64,000 nt of DNA from Rotaria magnacalcarata (Eukaryota). The translations under genes and the position numbers were made by a program. Shown in pieces: positions 24,721-36,800 of this stretch. How positions within the stretch are numbered: position 1 is the stretch's first letter; each line of letters begins with the position of its first letter. The notes beneath the pieces are model-generated. The model ran no database searches, was not told the DNA's origin, and was given only the letters and a program-made list of their open reading frames with translations. The stretch is taken from contig CBCSLL010000157.1 of assembly GCA_965140935.1 (NCBI GenBank), positions 33,416 to 97,415 on the forward strand, given 5' to 3'.

Positions 24721-26771
24721 GAACTACTTTTGAAATATAAATATTTTTCTTCAGGAAAAACATTACCTGGATCTCTGCGTATAGTTAAAGAGCCTCCTCA
24801 TCATAGTTCTAAAAGATGTGATCAGCTTTGGAAAATATCATATCTGTCCGCATGAAAAAACACAAAATAAAAACTCTTGATAAATATGTATATTCATCGA
24901 TGTAGAGTGATACTTGTTGAACAATATTTTCCCCCTAAAATATATACAGCTACTGAGATTAAAAAAAATACACTTCTGTTTACTATCGATGATGCTCTAC
25001 AAGATGGTTATATTTATTTTACTCAATTTTGAAGTTCAACTTTGCCTACAAAGGTAGACCGTTACGTGGACAGGTCGTTTTCCAATAATAAAATAAGTCT
25101 AGTTTCATACACATACTAATGACACGAGTAGATAATTCGATAATTCATAAGACATTTTAAATTTCATAAATACTTCTTACTTTCTTATCACTTCTATGAT
25201 TTACTTTTATAGAGATTCCATCAAACATTTTATAGATTTCTACATCTATGAGACTCATCACACAGTAAAATTCATTCATTTTCTATTATCTGAATCAGAT
25301 GAAATACAAAGTACAAAAGAACAGTATGAACCTACCGCCTTAAACTCAACAACACTCTAGTCCTTGTAGAATTTTGAACCGTCAAATAACAATCGGCACT
25401 ATACATAGAATAATGATAATAATTTTGCTTGAATCCCTTTTAAGCAGATGATAAATTTTGTGTCTCGAAAATCAATTTATGAAATAATTTTAGTACTATA
25501 TAATGCAATAATTTTATTTTTTTCTTAATAGAGAAACTTTGAAATCGAGGCCTGTGCAGTTCAATATCAAAGTTAACATTTTCCATTATATACTTCCATA
25601 CATATTCTTTCTCCTAGAAATCCAGATATCTAACAATATTTTATTTTTTAGAAATTCAGTTTTTGTTGATTTCTTTCTGCTAACCGTTTTAGTAGTCAAT
25701 AGTTTACTCTTTTTATTTGCAAAAGATAGTACTATCATTGAAACTATAAGAAAAATCAAAGTACTCCCAAACTTTAGAGGAAATTAGTGTTTTCTTCAGT
25801 ATATTGAGCAAAACATTGAATTTATTTTTAATAAGAATTGAAAACTCTTCCCACAGAAATGATCCATGAAGAAAAACTCTATAATATGAAATGCTTAAAA
25901 ACGTTTTCGCTTACTTTGATGATTGATTCTCAATTCAATTGTTTTACGGAATGTTAAATTTAGCCACACGCGTTCGAATTAATTTATTGTAGAAGAACAT
26001 AATTAAAGATTCCACTTAACGAGATAGACTAACCGAAATTTAGATAGTCTAAATGAATCATTAAGCCAAAAAAACAGAGAAAATTTAATAATACTAAAGA
26101 ATTCTAAAAGTTTTCATTTATTTTTGCTGTAAACTATCAAAGTCTTTCTTTTAACTAAATAATTATAGTTTTAAATGAGGATAGGAAACATTGTAACTAA
26201 TGAACAACGACTCAGAGCTGTCGTCAATTGTTAGGGAAAATATTAAATCGTTCGATTAACATACGCTGAAGATGTTATTACTTTAGTTTTTTTGAATAGA
26301 TTAATTCTCAAACATCCAGTTGTTCAATAACTTAATGTATTATATTATAATGAAAACGTAGGAGATGTGCTTCTTCTAACTGAAAAATTGCTATAACTAA
26401 TTTTGACAAACCATACAAGATATATAAGTATTTTCACATTGAAAAATATAATTAAATCGTTTTACAGAAGCTATTGCTTAATCGAAATAAACTTTTCGCG
26501 TTCAAAAAATTCGACCCGAACTAATATGATTTTGCACATATAAGTATTAAATTGATCTCTACGTTTTTTTTCTAATTTCGTGACGACCTTATCTTTCTGT
26601 AAACATCTTTCGAGTAAAATTCGTTTCAAAGATATTTACAAATGCTAACATTGATTTTCTCACGAATGAACTTAAAATACTATTATAAACAATTCTGGAG
26701 CTTTCGCATCCGCATGTTTTATTGAACAGGACACTGTAAATATTGGATATTTTGCACTCTCGTAAAATATC

Positions 26772-27227
26772 TTACATATTAAATTCTTGCTGTTGTTGAT
26801 CTAAATATCGTTGAAAGCCTTTTGTTTCACATAGTGGTTCAATGATATCCACAAGTTTGATACGTATATTTGGCACACGAAGATGTATTAAAAAACAAAT
26901 TTGAATAATTTGTGCAAAATGTTTGTGAACATTCAATAAACGAGCAATTAACAATTGTGAAAGATAAACTCGTGGAACAGAATACGATTGATTAATTCCA
27001 GTTGGCCATAGAACATGAAAAAATGTTTCCATATTTGTAAAAGATAATAAATCTGGTTGGTTCGATAATAAATAATAAAGTTCATCTAAGAATGCTGAGT
27101 GACATGTTAATGGTAAAAATATACAACCAATAATAAGTGCACGTAAAATTGATTGTTGAGAAGGTATTTGTGAATTAAGACGAAAAACAATGCGCCGATA
27201 AAGTGAACGCGATGCGATATTATGAAA
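26772..27227 (-). CDS. Terminal coding exon of an uncharacterised protein (open frame of ~150 codons ending at stop 26772-26774)
   Basis: Reverse-strand translation …SLYRRIVFRLNSQIPSQQSILRALIIGCIFLPLTCHSAFLDELYYLLSNQPDLLSFTNMETFFHVLWPTGINQ…YLDQQQQEFNM*. Codon-biased island in AT-rich DNA. Upstream exons not located. Confidence 0.3.
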   Translation of the reverse strand, partial: FHNIASRSLYRRIVFRLNSQIPSQQSILRALIIGCIFLPLTCHSAFLDELYYLLSNQPDLLSFTNMETFFHVLWPTGINQSYSVPRVYLSQLLIARLLNVHKHFAQIIQICFLIHLRVPNIRIKLVDIIEPLCETKGFQRYLDQQQQEFNM

Positions 27228-28547
27228 ATATCGAGCTAAGATTTAAATTGAAAAATCTATACAATACTAGAGAAAAACAGCAATCACTTATAAAATGACG
27301 TTATTTTCTATCGCATTAATCTAATGTCTTGTATCGATTCGCATTTTAAAAGATGCTAATTTATGTAGGCTTGCTTTTTGTGTACTCAAAAAAAGTGAGT
27401 GCACTCTAGATTCGGCCAGTGTGTCCGGCCGGCCGTTAACACGATAACCTTTGAAAGCCTCACCCAATTGTCATGAAATTTTGTACACAGAATGATTTCA
27501 TCAATATCTCAGTCAAGTTCGAAGATGAGAGGGATTCGTCAAGAAATGGCTGAGTTATCGAAAAAATTGTCATTATTGACCTGACCATCCCTGACGGAGG
27601 GGGGGGGAGGGTACAGGGATTTAAAAAAAACATTTTTTTTCTCAGAATGATTCACAACATATATAAATTGACTCAGTTTTTCAAGTACACATAACGATCG
27701 GATGCAAATCCGATGTTTCCGCATTTATTTTCTCTTGATCAACTTATTATAATTATGTTCAATCAAATACTTTTATCTAACGAATCATTCAGAAGTCCAA
27801 TGAGACAACTACTTCAAATATTACTTTAGCTAAATGTAGCTATCAACTCACTAAGATATTGCTTTTTCCTTATGGAAATGTTTGATAGAGCAAACTTTCT
27901 GTGGTAGTCAGATTTATTTTTTCTATGATGTGATGATCACTTCATTTGAAATTATTTTTAAAGAATTATCGTGAAATTATGAGTTTCTATTGAAAGTTTT
28001 CTAGTTCAAATATTCACTGTAGTAAGAGTAGAATAGTAGACTCGAAGACTGTAGCAGATGTTAATTATAGAGAAAATCAACATAACTCATAAACTGTAAA
28101 CTCAAGACTCTTTAAGAATCCATAGGGTTTACATGGGTTCCCGAATACTAGAGAGATTTAAATATATTCTCCTAGGACGCAAGATGACTGCATGAGACTT
28201 AAAGAAAGAAGTTTTTATTTGTTTTCTTGTCAAAAAGAAGTCAGCTTCAACATAGTTTCATTATTTGAGAGTGTGCTAATCATTTTGATGCTGACTATAT
28301 GCTAAATGGTATGATAATGGTAAACTATATATATGGAAGTCTCTTCAGATAAAACAAAAACAATAAGTTTTAGGAGTAATCGATTTTGGAATATCATAAA
28401 GGCAAGTAAAAATCGTTTTGACATAGATGACCGGCGAATGCTATTTTTCGCGACGGAAAGATGATGTATGAATCGTCAATTTAATCTTTATAGGGAAGTG
28501 AAGAATGCATTCTAGTGACAGCTTCTCGTTCTATACAGACGTTCAAA

Positions 28548-29203
28548 TTATGTGTTCTGTATAACAAACTCATAATCGATGCGTTTCACTACAGGCAACA
28601 AATTTTGTCCAGAAATTAAATATATATTATTTGATCTAAAGAATTCTTTACCAGCATCTTGCAAAAATAAATCGATTTTTGATTGATCCGATTCTGATCC
28701 TTCTCGTATTAATGGAAATTTAAGTATTGATGTGCTGTCAATAATAGCCATGATTTGAACTTGTAATATTATTGGATACGATATAAAATGATCAGTTAAG
28801 TCCGCATAAACAATTTTATCTAAATACTTTTCTATTAACATTTTGTATTTAACATTATTATAAGATTCAATAAGTTCGTCAAGAAATGATATAAAATAAT
28901 GAACACGTTCATAATATTTATTCGAACACAATAAACCTATTTCGGCTACTGCCGATAGAAATAATGATCGTTCATGTATTAAAAACATTTCAGCTATATT
29001 TATTAATGAACTTATATATGAAGAAGAGATCATTTCAGACATTGATTTACCAATATCTTTATTCTAAATAAAAGACTCAAAAATAGATATTCAATCGAAC
29101 AGAAATAAAACCTCGAGAAGATCATCGGCAAATTGACGAGCACATTGGGCTGGTGTCAAATACGTCGGATGCTGTTGTAATACAATATCCATCAAAGAAA
29201 ATA
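28548..29203 (-). CDS. Small uncharacterised protein in 2 coding exons (29111-29203 and 28548-29063), ~197 aa
   Basis: Exon 1 follows acceptor tttgctttag, contains an ATG (MDIVLQQHPTYLTPAQCARQFADDLLE) and ends GAG|GTTTTA. A 47-nt intron leads to exon 2 NKDIGKSMSEMISSSY…KRIDYEFVIQNT*, with stop at 28548-28550. Confidence 0.35.
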
Positions 29204-29353
29204 TCTAAAGCAAAAATATTTATACTCTTTCAAATAAACGGAAAACCTTATGGAAATTCAAGAAAATATATCTAAATTATTTGAATTAAGTGTTTAAAAA
29301 ATAATAATAACTACAGGAAAAATAATTCATTATATTACTGACTCGTGTAACGA

Positions 29354-30111
29354 TTAACTTTCTTTCCCGTTTTCACTATGAATTCGAGCATGAAGAGTAT
29401 TGCATAGAGCATAAAATCCTCGATATTTTTCAAATAAGACATGAGCTTTGCCACATTCTGGACACAATCCATTGTACCCTGTAAGAGCTCTCGTACTTTC
29501 CAATCCATATAAATCTTTCGCATTACATTTAATTTTTGCTTTTACAAGATACTGAATACTACCCATATTTATGACTGTGCCAAGCAAATTAGATTCCCTT
29601 TGAGTTATTGTAGATTCACTACTCATAAAATTGTTCACTTCATCGGTTAGAGTTTCAATTTTTCTTTCTATTTGTTTAACTTGATCAATAGATGCATCAC
29701 CTTCATCAATAAGTTCTTTTATATTGGAAATAGTTTCAGAAATTTGTTCATTATATTTGCTTATATTCTTTTTCAAGTTTTCTAGTCGGAGATTATATTC
29801 TTCATCTATTTCGTGACATTTTTTTATTACGCCATATTTGTAACATAGCTAATGGACCAGTTTGTTCATTAGTTTGAATTTTCATCTTGACTGAAAATAA
29901 TAAATATTAATTTAATCTAAAAATTTCATAAAAACAAAATAAAATTTTTACGTTCATTAAGACGATCAGCCATAGGTATTAATTCATCATTTACTTGAGA
30001 TTGATGTTCATTGAAATGCTTTGAACACACATTCTTTTGACAATGGTGACATAAACAAGTGACTGATTTTTTACAACCCTTCATCGAACATACTGATGAA
30101 GATGAACTCAT
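29354..30111 (-). CDS. B-box-type zinc finger plus coiled-coil protein (TRIM-like without a recognisable RING), at least 2 exons
   Basis: Exon 1 (30111 down to ~29985) MSSSSSVCSMKGCKKSVTCLCHHCQKNVCSKHFNEHQSQ carries a Cys/His spacing typical of B-box. The downstream exon …NISKYNEQISETISNIKELIDEGDASIDQVKQIERKIETLTDEV… is heptad-rich, then a C-terminal Cys cluster LCPECGKAHVLFEKYRGFYALCNTLHARIH. The exact intron boundary between the exons is uncertain. Confidence 0.4.
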
Positions 30112-30493
30112 TTTATGTTCTATAAAATATATTATTTACAGATACTCTTCAATGTTTAGTTGTCATTTGCATTCTCTAGTAGAGTAGAGTAGACAGATTA
30201 GTTACAACATATATATGATTCATCATCGCTGCTTATCAACAGATGTCTCTGAACATTTAATTTTTATTTACTAAATAGGAAATTAGCAATTTTTATTACA
30301 ATATAATATTTTCTAGAACTTCTTGTTTAATGATTATTTCATAAAAACGTAGATGATCGTTTATCGTAATCTGTTGCCATGGCATTGATCATCTATTATG
30401 GTATTGAACAATTGGATGAATAGTTGATTAAGTGCCTCTATTCTTATAGTTTCTTATATTCTTTTTCCTATTAAGTATTTAAATTACGTTAAA

Positions 30494-30640
30494 ATGCCTC
30501 AAAGATTAAAGAAAAGAATCTGCGACGAACTACCTGATGATGACAGTGATTTGGAATCAAATAATGGAAATGATAGCTCAGAAAGTACTTTACCAACTGA
30601 TCCAACAATTCCTGGTCTCGCTGGACTTTCTCTTCTTGAC
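30494..30640 (+). CDS. First coding exon of a small acidic protein (MPQRLKKRICDELPDDDSDLESNNGNDSSESTLPTDPTIPGLAGLSLLD), donor GAC|GTACGT. A possible second exon at ~31029-31106 adds a hydrophobic tail
   Basis: ATG context, 49 codons open, and a canonical GTACGT donor at 30641. The intron starts with a (TTTTA)14 microsatellite (30651-30720). Candidate acceptor ttttcacag at 31028 gives LMILDEIFLFCSITSAATNASFFES*. Confidence 0.3.
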
Positions 30641-31374
30641 GTACGTATTTTATTTTATTTTATTTTATTTTATTTTATTTTATTTTATTTTATTTTATTT
30701 TATTTTATTTTATTTTATTTATTGATTGGTTTGTAACTAATCATACAGAATAATGTATATATTAAAATTTAATACATTACTGTGTATCTGACAATAAAAT
30801 ACTGTTAGTTATCTATTCCGTGGATAAGCTCAGAATTAATGTTAGAAATAAACAGAATGTTTTATTTCCTACACTGACCTTGATTCGTTTTTCTTACCTA
30901 TATTCACACTTTTGTATGCAATACTTTTATCTTTTGATCATATGGTTTTACAAAACAGAAAACGGAATCAATCAATTTTTGACATTATTATTCATTATTG
31001 AATGAAAATAAATGATATTTTTCACAGTTGATGATACTAGATGAGATATTTCTTTTTTGTTCAATAACTTCAGCTGCCACCAACGCATCCTTCTTTGAGA
31101 GTAGTTAAACTGTCTATTATAAAGTAATATATACAATATGTTGTCTTAGTTTGTTTCGATATTTCAGCGTGATCGAATTTAAAACGGTCTTGCAAGTGTA
31201 ATTATTTATATCTATAGATTAAAGTTTATATCTTATCCGTTATTAACGATTGATATTTTATATGATGACACCGAGTATTTCTCATTAATCTTTATTTCAT
31301 TTCTGCTTTAAGAATAAGAACAATATAGATAGTTTTGTACTCAAGTAGAAAAAATTCAAAATCAACAAACGTAG

Positions 31375-33717
31375 TTATTGTTCCTCTGTGTAAAGAGTCG
31401 TCCATAAGTATAACCATCGTTTATATTTTCGTGCAATTTCTTGTCCTTTAAGATCAATATCATCATATTGATTTGACAAATTAGATCGAGGTAGTTGTAT
31501 GACTTGATCTAAAATATCCATTCCTTGCTCAATAACTTTAGCAAGAAGTTTGCTTTTCCATTGATAATCGATTTTATCGGGTGCTATCAATGAAAATGAT
31601 TCATCCGGCATTGGTGGATCGGCATTTTTGTTTAATCTAGTTTTTCGGGATGATATTGTTTGAAGAAATTTTGCTTTAGCTCTCCATGTGTTACTAGAAA
31701 TTGATGAACGATATAATGAACTTGTTTCATCAAGAAAACTTGTTTGGCTTGATTTCGATGGTATGGATATCCAATGTTGAATCTTTTTTGTTAACAACTT
31801 TTCTATTTCATCTCGATAAGCTTCAATTAAAGATAATTGACCTTGAAATGAGAGACATTCTCTTAATGAACTATCTCTATGTAAAACATTATCAAACGGT
31901 ACAACACTTCCATATAAATGTTGAAGATGATGTTGTCGTTTTAAATTTTGTTTATCTTTTTCCATGATCAATATTAAATCTTCGCGTAATTTCATTTCTT
32001 GTACGGTTAGTTGTTCGTTTTGATCAAATATCTTTTTTGGCCATGTAAGAACTCCTAATTTCAACAATGCTGGTAGTAGTTGTTCGAATTCATCAGGAAC
32101 TTGTTCACGAATATCATCGAATTTTTTTTGATCACATTCAGATAACGATGCATTTAAATCAAGTAACCATAAATTTAATAAACGATATTTAACTGTTGAT
32201 GAACTTGTTATACTTGCAGAATTATCTATTGATGGTGCACGATGATAAATAGATGGTACTACAGGTAGAACTGATGAACCATATGACCGTGTTGCTAATG
32301 ATGATGATGTAACCGTTGAAACTGATAAAGCTCTGCCAATAGCTGTACGATGCAAGTTAACTTTGCTTATTGTTGGTGAATGAGTACCATCGTTATCTAG
32401 TAGTTCATGTTTAGAATTATTTTCTAAAAGATAAGAATAATGTAGAAAAACCTTAGTGACGATTGTTTAATTTCACTTCTTTGAAATCCAGTCAAACATG
32501 AAATTAAAAATAATTCAGTTCAATCGTGTATTTCAGAAATACAATAGAAATTTGATTAGTACGAAGAAAAAATGCGTGTTTATTTTTTGTAAAGTGATGA
32601 AACACACTCCGTCTGATTGAAGGGTTCTGTTTTTCCAAATGAAGATCTCAATTTCATTAGAAATATTCTTAGTAAATAAACTAATAGCATCAGTTCACAC
32701 AGTGAGAGGAAGATAGGTCACAATAACAACTGAAATAATTTATTATTTATCTGTTCAGTAACTGAGCTCATAATTACTACAATGTATTTAGCAGCTGGAC
32801 AATCGAGTTTTGTTTTTAAAACATCTTTTTTAGGGTTTTATAATATCTTTTTCCAAGAAAAGTTCACGATTTGAAAAACAATTTTTCGCCCATGGATCGC
32901 TAAAATCTTGTTATCGTTTATCCAAGTTGATTGACTTCAATTTCTCATTTATTAGTCATTCATTCAGAAATATTGAACTTGTTTTTCTGTTTCTTGGAAT
33001 AAATCTCTAGTTTTTATCTCGAACTATTCTTTAATTTCATAACATCAATAGATAAACATAATTAATCTTAAACAAAAATCAATCACTATCATTCATTATT
33101 TGAAAGTTGTTTTAAAGAAAAACTATCAAATTTTTAATTGGCATTGCTAAATAGTTGTGATTGATTGATATTCTGATGAAGACAAACAAATAGAAAAGCT
33201 AATATTTCCTTAAAGCAAGCAAATTTCTATCTTGAATAGAAAAAAGTGTATCGCATATCAGTAATCACTTTTACATACGACCTTCTCTAAAAGAATATAA
33301 TTATAACCTGATTGTGGTGAATTAACGGGAGCTAAATTCAATGCATGAACATATTGGTTAATATCTGATAATGAATTGGTTTCATTCGTAGTTAGTTGCG
33401 AAGTTTTTTCATCCTTATCTTCAATACTATTTGCAAATTTCACGCGTTTATTGGGTTCAGGTTTAACTGAAAGCCATTTTTTAATAATATCATTCGAATC
33501 TGGTACAAGAAGATCTTCCTGACTTAAACTTTTAAGTAGTTCAGATTGATTGTTATTTACAAGTTTTTTATTTGATTGTTGTTTTAATTTTGGTAATACC
33601 GTTGCTTTTGAAAGTCGAATAGATTCATCACTAGATTATTAATAGAAGAAACTTTGAATATTTCTATTAGTATGAAGATTTTTACCGTGCTGTATTTGTT
33701 TTCATTTGTGTCTTCAT
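31375..33717 (-). CDS. Uncharacterised serine-rich protein, at least 3 coding exons (33686-33717, ~33282-33630, 31375-~32451), stop at 31375
   Basis: Exon 1 MKTQMKTNTAR ends at donor GTAAAA and a 55-nt intron ends in aataatctag. Exon 2 …DESIRLSKATVLPKLKQQSNKK…NSPQSGYNYILLEK ends at donor GTCGTATGT. Last exon …VFLHYSYLLENNSKHELLDNDGTHSPTISKVNLHRTAIGRALSV…RWLYLWTTLYTEEQ*. No recognisable domain. Confidence 0.4.
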
Positions 33718-33831
33718 GTTTATGATCTTTGAAAAGCATGAAAAAATTCTTTTCTTTTTTATGATTCTTTTTAATGGGGCGATAAATGTTATCAGATAAC
33801 GAAAAACAAAAAATGTTGTAAATATTTACAG

Positions 33832-36800
33832 GACTCATCTCCAACGGGTGGAGGCGGTTTAGGTCAACGAACAAATGACTTCGATGGTTTAACATCGACT
33901 CCCACGACAAATCGTGAAAATCTTGTTAATAACAATCATGTTATGAAAAATATAATTGAAACAAAAAAACTTCAACGTGCTATTCAAATACTTAAAATTG
34001 AATTAAATCAACGAGACCTTTTAGTACAAAATCAAAAAATTCACTATGAAGAAAAATGCGAAGATTTAAAAGAAAAATTAGCTGATATGACATATCAAAG
34101 ACAATTGTTACAAACAAAAATTGATTCACAACTTCAAGTAGAATAAAAAATAATAATTAGTGCTCTTGGCTTTGTTACAATAAGTCTCTGTGACTTTTCT
34201 TTAGATTGATCGCAACCTAGCATTGCGTTCACAAGATGAAGTTCGTCAACAATTATCACAAATTATGGAACGACAACATCAGTTAGAAGATGTTAATAAA
34301 CGTTTAATATCAAAATCTAATGAAGTTCGACATAATTTACATAATAAAATTTTACCTACAGATGAAGAATATAGAATTCTAAAATCGACTAATATGAATT
34401 CAGAAAAAATGGCACTGAACGATTTTATTATGGTTTGTCGTTTTTGTTTAATTAAAACTAAATTTTTAAACAATCAATTTTTATTTCAGATAAAATTTTA
34501 TGAAACAGTACGACCATTAGAAATTGAAATTGAAAATTTAAGAAGAACACAAAATATCTTAGATAGTCAATTAGCAGCAACTGGACAAGATCTTATTCAA
34601 GCACAAAAAGTAAATAAATTAACTTTTATTACAAAATAATATCTTTCTAAATACAAAAACAATGACTGTAGAAAAGATTTATAAAGATATACTATGTATA
34701 TCATATTAAATGAGTCATTACTATGTTTTTAATTCTGATAGTGTTGCGTAGAAAATGTCATTCTCTACCAAAATATTTGTTTATCAATATTTTTTATTGT
34801 GATGTTAATTTTGAAAGATAAACATCATCAATTCAAAAATAGTGCCACACACATGCTTGTTTTCTCTGTAGATAAATAAAAAACCAGGAATTTCTCTCAA
34901 CATTCATCCATCCTACTTGCAGTAGATTTATATATCATATAACGATCATATATTGTTCGGTAACAAACGGAGGAATTTCATACGTTGTAAAGTCTTTAAC
35001 ATGATCATAAAAAATGAAACTATCTAAAAAAAAGAAAACAATTTTCAAGAAAGTAAGAAGAAAAAGAAAAAAAATATCGCATATTATATATATCAAACAA
35101 AATAGTAAGTTCCATCGAACGCTAACTATCAGAGAAAAAGAGGATGAATTTTAACATATGAAAATAATGATAGAGATGAAGACAAAACACATCTAATCTC
35201 ATCTTGAAAAAGTGTAAATTAGAACAAAATGAGTGGTAAACGCAAGGAGGAAAGTGCAGGTCTAGAACTCCCAGCACTTCGACACCTGCAGCATCCGCAG
35301 CACCTTTTCTATAGTGAGATTTACTTCGGTCGTATGGAAATGAATCGGGAAAACTACCTTCATTTTCAATAGTAGAGGTGAATTTTTTCTTGAATTATTT
35401 ACAGAATCTGAATGAGAATTATTTCAGAATAAAAAAGCCAACAGAAAAAAAAACATCCTTCGAAAGTAACCGTATATCAAATTGCAGAATGATATACCAT
35501 AACGTTTGATCCTTTTTTATTAGTGTGAGAACTAACACTGAGCTCTGATTATTTTTCAGAAGTTTATTTTTCATTTTATCACCATTGCATTTGTACCGCT
35601 TCTCCTTTCTCTCAGGTATAAAAAAAATATTGGACGAAATGCCATACTCTTTGGTAAAAAAAGCCTGCAAGTAATTTTATTAGCTTGAAAATCATCATTG
35701 AATTCTGATTATTTTCCAATTTCATTGTGTAGTTCATGAAAAATCAATTTTAAACACCTGGAGTCTCCCTCAAGGATCGAAAAACTTTTTCTGTTCTGGT
35801 TTTAATATAGATAGTTATATTTTCATAAAGCTAAGCTTTCTGATTACAATTATTGTCTCAGTTTTGAATTTCATCGAATAATAAGAAAGATATGAAGCAC
35901 TATCTGGGAGCCTTAAAAAACAGTTACTAACCTAAAGTTCCATGAATATTCGATTTATACTGTTTGAAAATAGGTCCGTTCGATGCACAATTTTTTTTTC
36001 CTATCAGAATATATAAGAACAACTTAGATATTCAATCTTTTTCCTCTCGATAAATTCCAAATACAACCCCGATCGGGTCATACAGCTGCAAATACTACTT
36101 TTATCAGTCTTATTAAGTGTAGTTTTTCGAGGTGTACCAGTAAGATTTTCTTGCCGGATACGTAATTAAATGTGCTCTTTCTAATGAAAGAGTTTTCAAC
36201 TTAAAACTCGATGTAATGTAAAGTGTTTTTGCTCCAATACTAGTGTTGGAATCGAATTTCTGTCATTACTTGACTGATACTTGATAGTTTCAAACAGAAT
36301 AATTCCTATGTGACTGAATATAAATATTATATTTTTTTAAGCACAAAATTTGAGTGGATCTAATTATTTCTATAGCTTTTGTTTTCGATCAGATTTTTAC
36401 GTCTGGTCCCTTTCAGGATCATATGAAAGCAAAATATTTTATTCAAAACAACTATTTGATTAATTATTAATTGATCTACTTTATCTCAAACATCACTCTC
36501 AAAGTTTGGAAACTTTTAACATTGTCCACATAGCTTTTGGAGTAAGTTTGTTTTTCGTTATACATGACGGGGACCAGGAGTGAAAATCTGACCGAAAACA
36601 AAAGTTGTAGAAATAATTAAATCGAATTAGATTTTGTGCTTAAAACAAATATAATATTTTAATTCAGTCAAATGGGAATTAATCTGTTTGAAACTATCGA
36701 ATATCGGTCACAAATGACAGAAATTCGGTTTCAAGCGTAGCATTGGAGCGAAACGCTTCACATTACAACGAGTTTTAATTTGAACATAGTTTAATTAAAA

